The notes beneath the pieces were generated by a model, which ran no database searches, was not told the DNA's origin, and saw nothing but the letters and a program-made list of their open reading frames with translations. From NCBI RefSeq assembly GCF_009914755.1, contig NC_060925.1: DNA of 64,000 nucleotides; one strand, given 5' to 3'. Each line of letters starts with the position of its first letter. The stretch's first letter is position 1. The position numbers and the translations under genes were made by a program. Of the stretch, positions 63,444-64,000 are shown one piece after another. This DNA is from the human T2T-CHM13v2.0 reference genome, Homo sapiens.

Positions 63444-64000
63444 GGGAGGAGCCAAGATGGCCGAATAGGAACAGCTCCAGTCTACAGCTACCAGCCTGAG
63501 CGAGGCAGAAGACAGGTGATTTCTGCATTTCCATCTGAGGTACCGGGTTCATCTCACTAGGGAGTGCCAGACAGTGGGCGCAGGTCAGTGTGTGTGCACA
63601 CCGTGCGCGAGCCGAAGCAGGGCGAGGCATTGCCTCACTTGGGAAGCGCAAGTGGTCAGGGAGTTCCCTTTCCGAGTCAAAGAAAGGGGTGACGGACAGC
63701 ACCTGGAAAATCGGGTCACTCCCGCCGGAATACTGCGCTTTTCCGACGGGCTTAAAAAACGGCGCACCGCGAGATTATATCCCGCACCTGGCTCGGAGTG
63801 TCCTATGCCCACGGAGTCTCGCTGATTGCTAGCACAGCAGTCTGAGATCAAACTGCAAGGCGGCAGCGAGGCTGGGGGAGGGGCGCCCGCCATTGCCCAG
63901 GCTTGATTAGGTAAACAAAGCAGCCGGGAAGCTCGAACTGGGTGGAGCACACCACAGCTCAAGGAGGCCTGCTTGCCTCTGTAGGCTCCACCTCTGGGGG
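63444..64000 (+). mobile_element. Young L1 (L1PA2/L1PA3-like) 5' UTR, continuing beyond the window
   Basis: gggaggagccaagatggccgaataggaacagctcc...; CpG-rich; states such as caggTcagtg, ttttcCgacGggcttaaAaaacgg and gagaTtatatcccGcacc differ from recalled L1HS. Confidence 0.95.
63444..64000. promoter_or_regulatory. L1 internal sense promoter (YY1 site) and antisense promoter region
   Basis: Intact YY1 motif caagatggcc at ~63453-63462; the L1 antisense promoter is known to lie around L1 nt 400-600. Confidence 0.75.
63585..63893 (-). CDS. ORF0: L1 ORF0 (antisense), 102 aa, C-terminally extended
   Basis: ATG at 63893 in gcaATGg context; MAGAPPPASLPPCSLISDCCASNQRDSVG... is the ORF0 N-terminus. 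Translation at this locus is not shown. Confidence 0.55.
   Translation of the reverse strand: MAGAPPPASLPPCSLISDCCASNQRDSVGIGHSEPGAGYNLAVRRFLSPSEKRSIPAGVTRFSRCCPSPLSLTRKGNSLTTCASQVRQCLALLRLAHGVHTH

Overview
Primate genomic DNA, almost certainly human because it carries an AluYa5 and an L1PA2-like 5' UTR. It looks gene-poor (intergenic or deep intronic), and I cannot identify the locus. I recognise no protein-coding exon, RNA gene or CRISPR array. Most listed ORFs are translations of Alu, L1, MaLR or simple repeats; the rest are short frames with no recognisable product. Interspersed repeats dominate: 23 Alu pieces (21 on +, 2 on -), several old L1M fragments, MaLR/ERV LTRs and internal regions (THE1, MST, MLT1, MLT2, MER57), MIR, L2, CR1/L3, hAT MITEs and microsatellites. 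One old L1 is near full length (about 56.4-63.4 kb) and heavily nested. The most notable items are: (1) a still-readable RTE-clade LINE fossil at 34.3-34.6 kb; (2) a pogo/Tc2 (POGK/Kanga-like) transposase fossil at 39.3-39.6 kb; (3) a 226-bp-period tandem duplication with an Alu in one copy; (4) deletion scars in the nested L1, visible against paralogous L1 copies in the window; (5) a young AluYa5; (6) an L1PA2-like 5' UTR whose antisense promoter and C-terminally extended ORF0 point into the window. I see no convincing new biological system. Subfamily names come from recalled consensus features and need RepeatMasker/Dfam confirmation. Boundaries of old elements are approximate.
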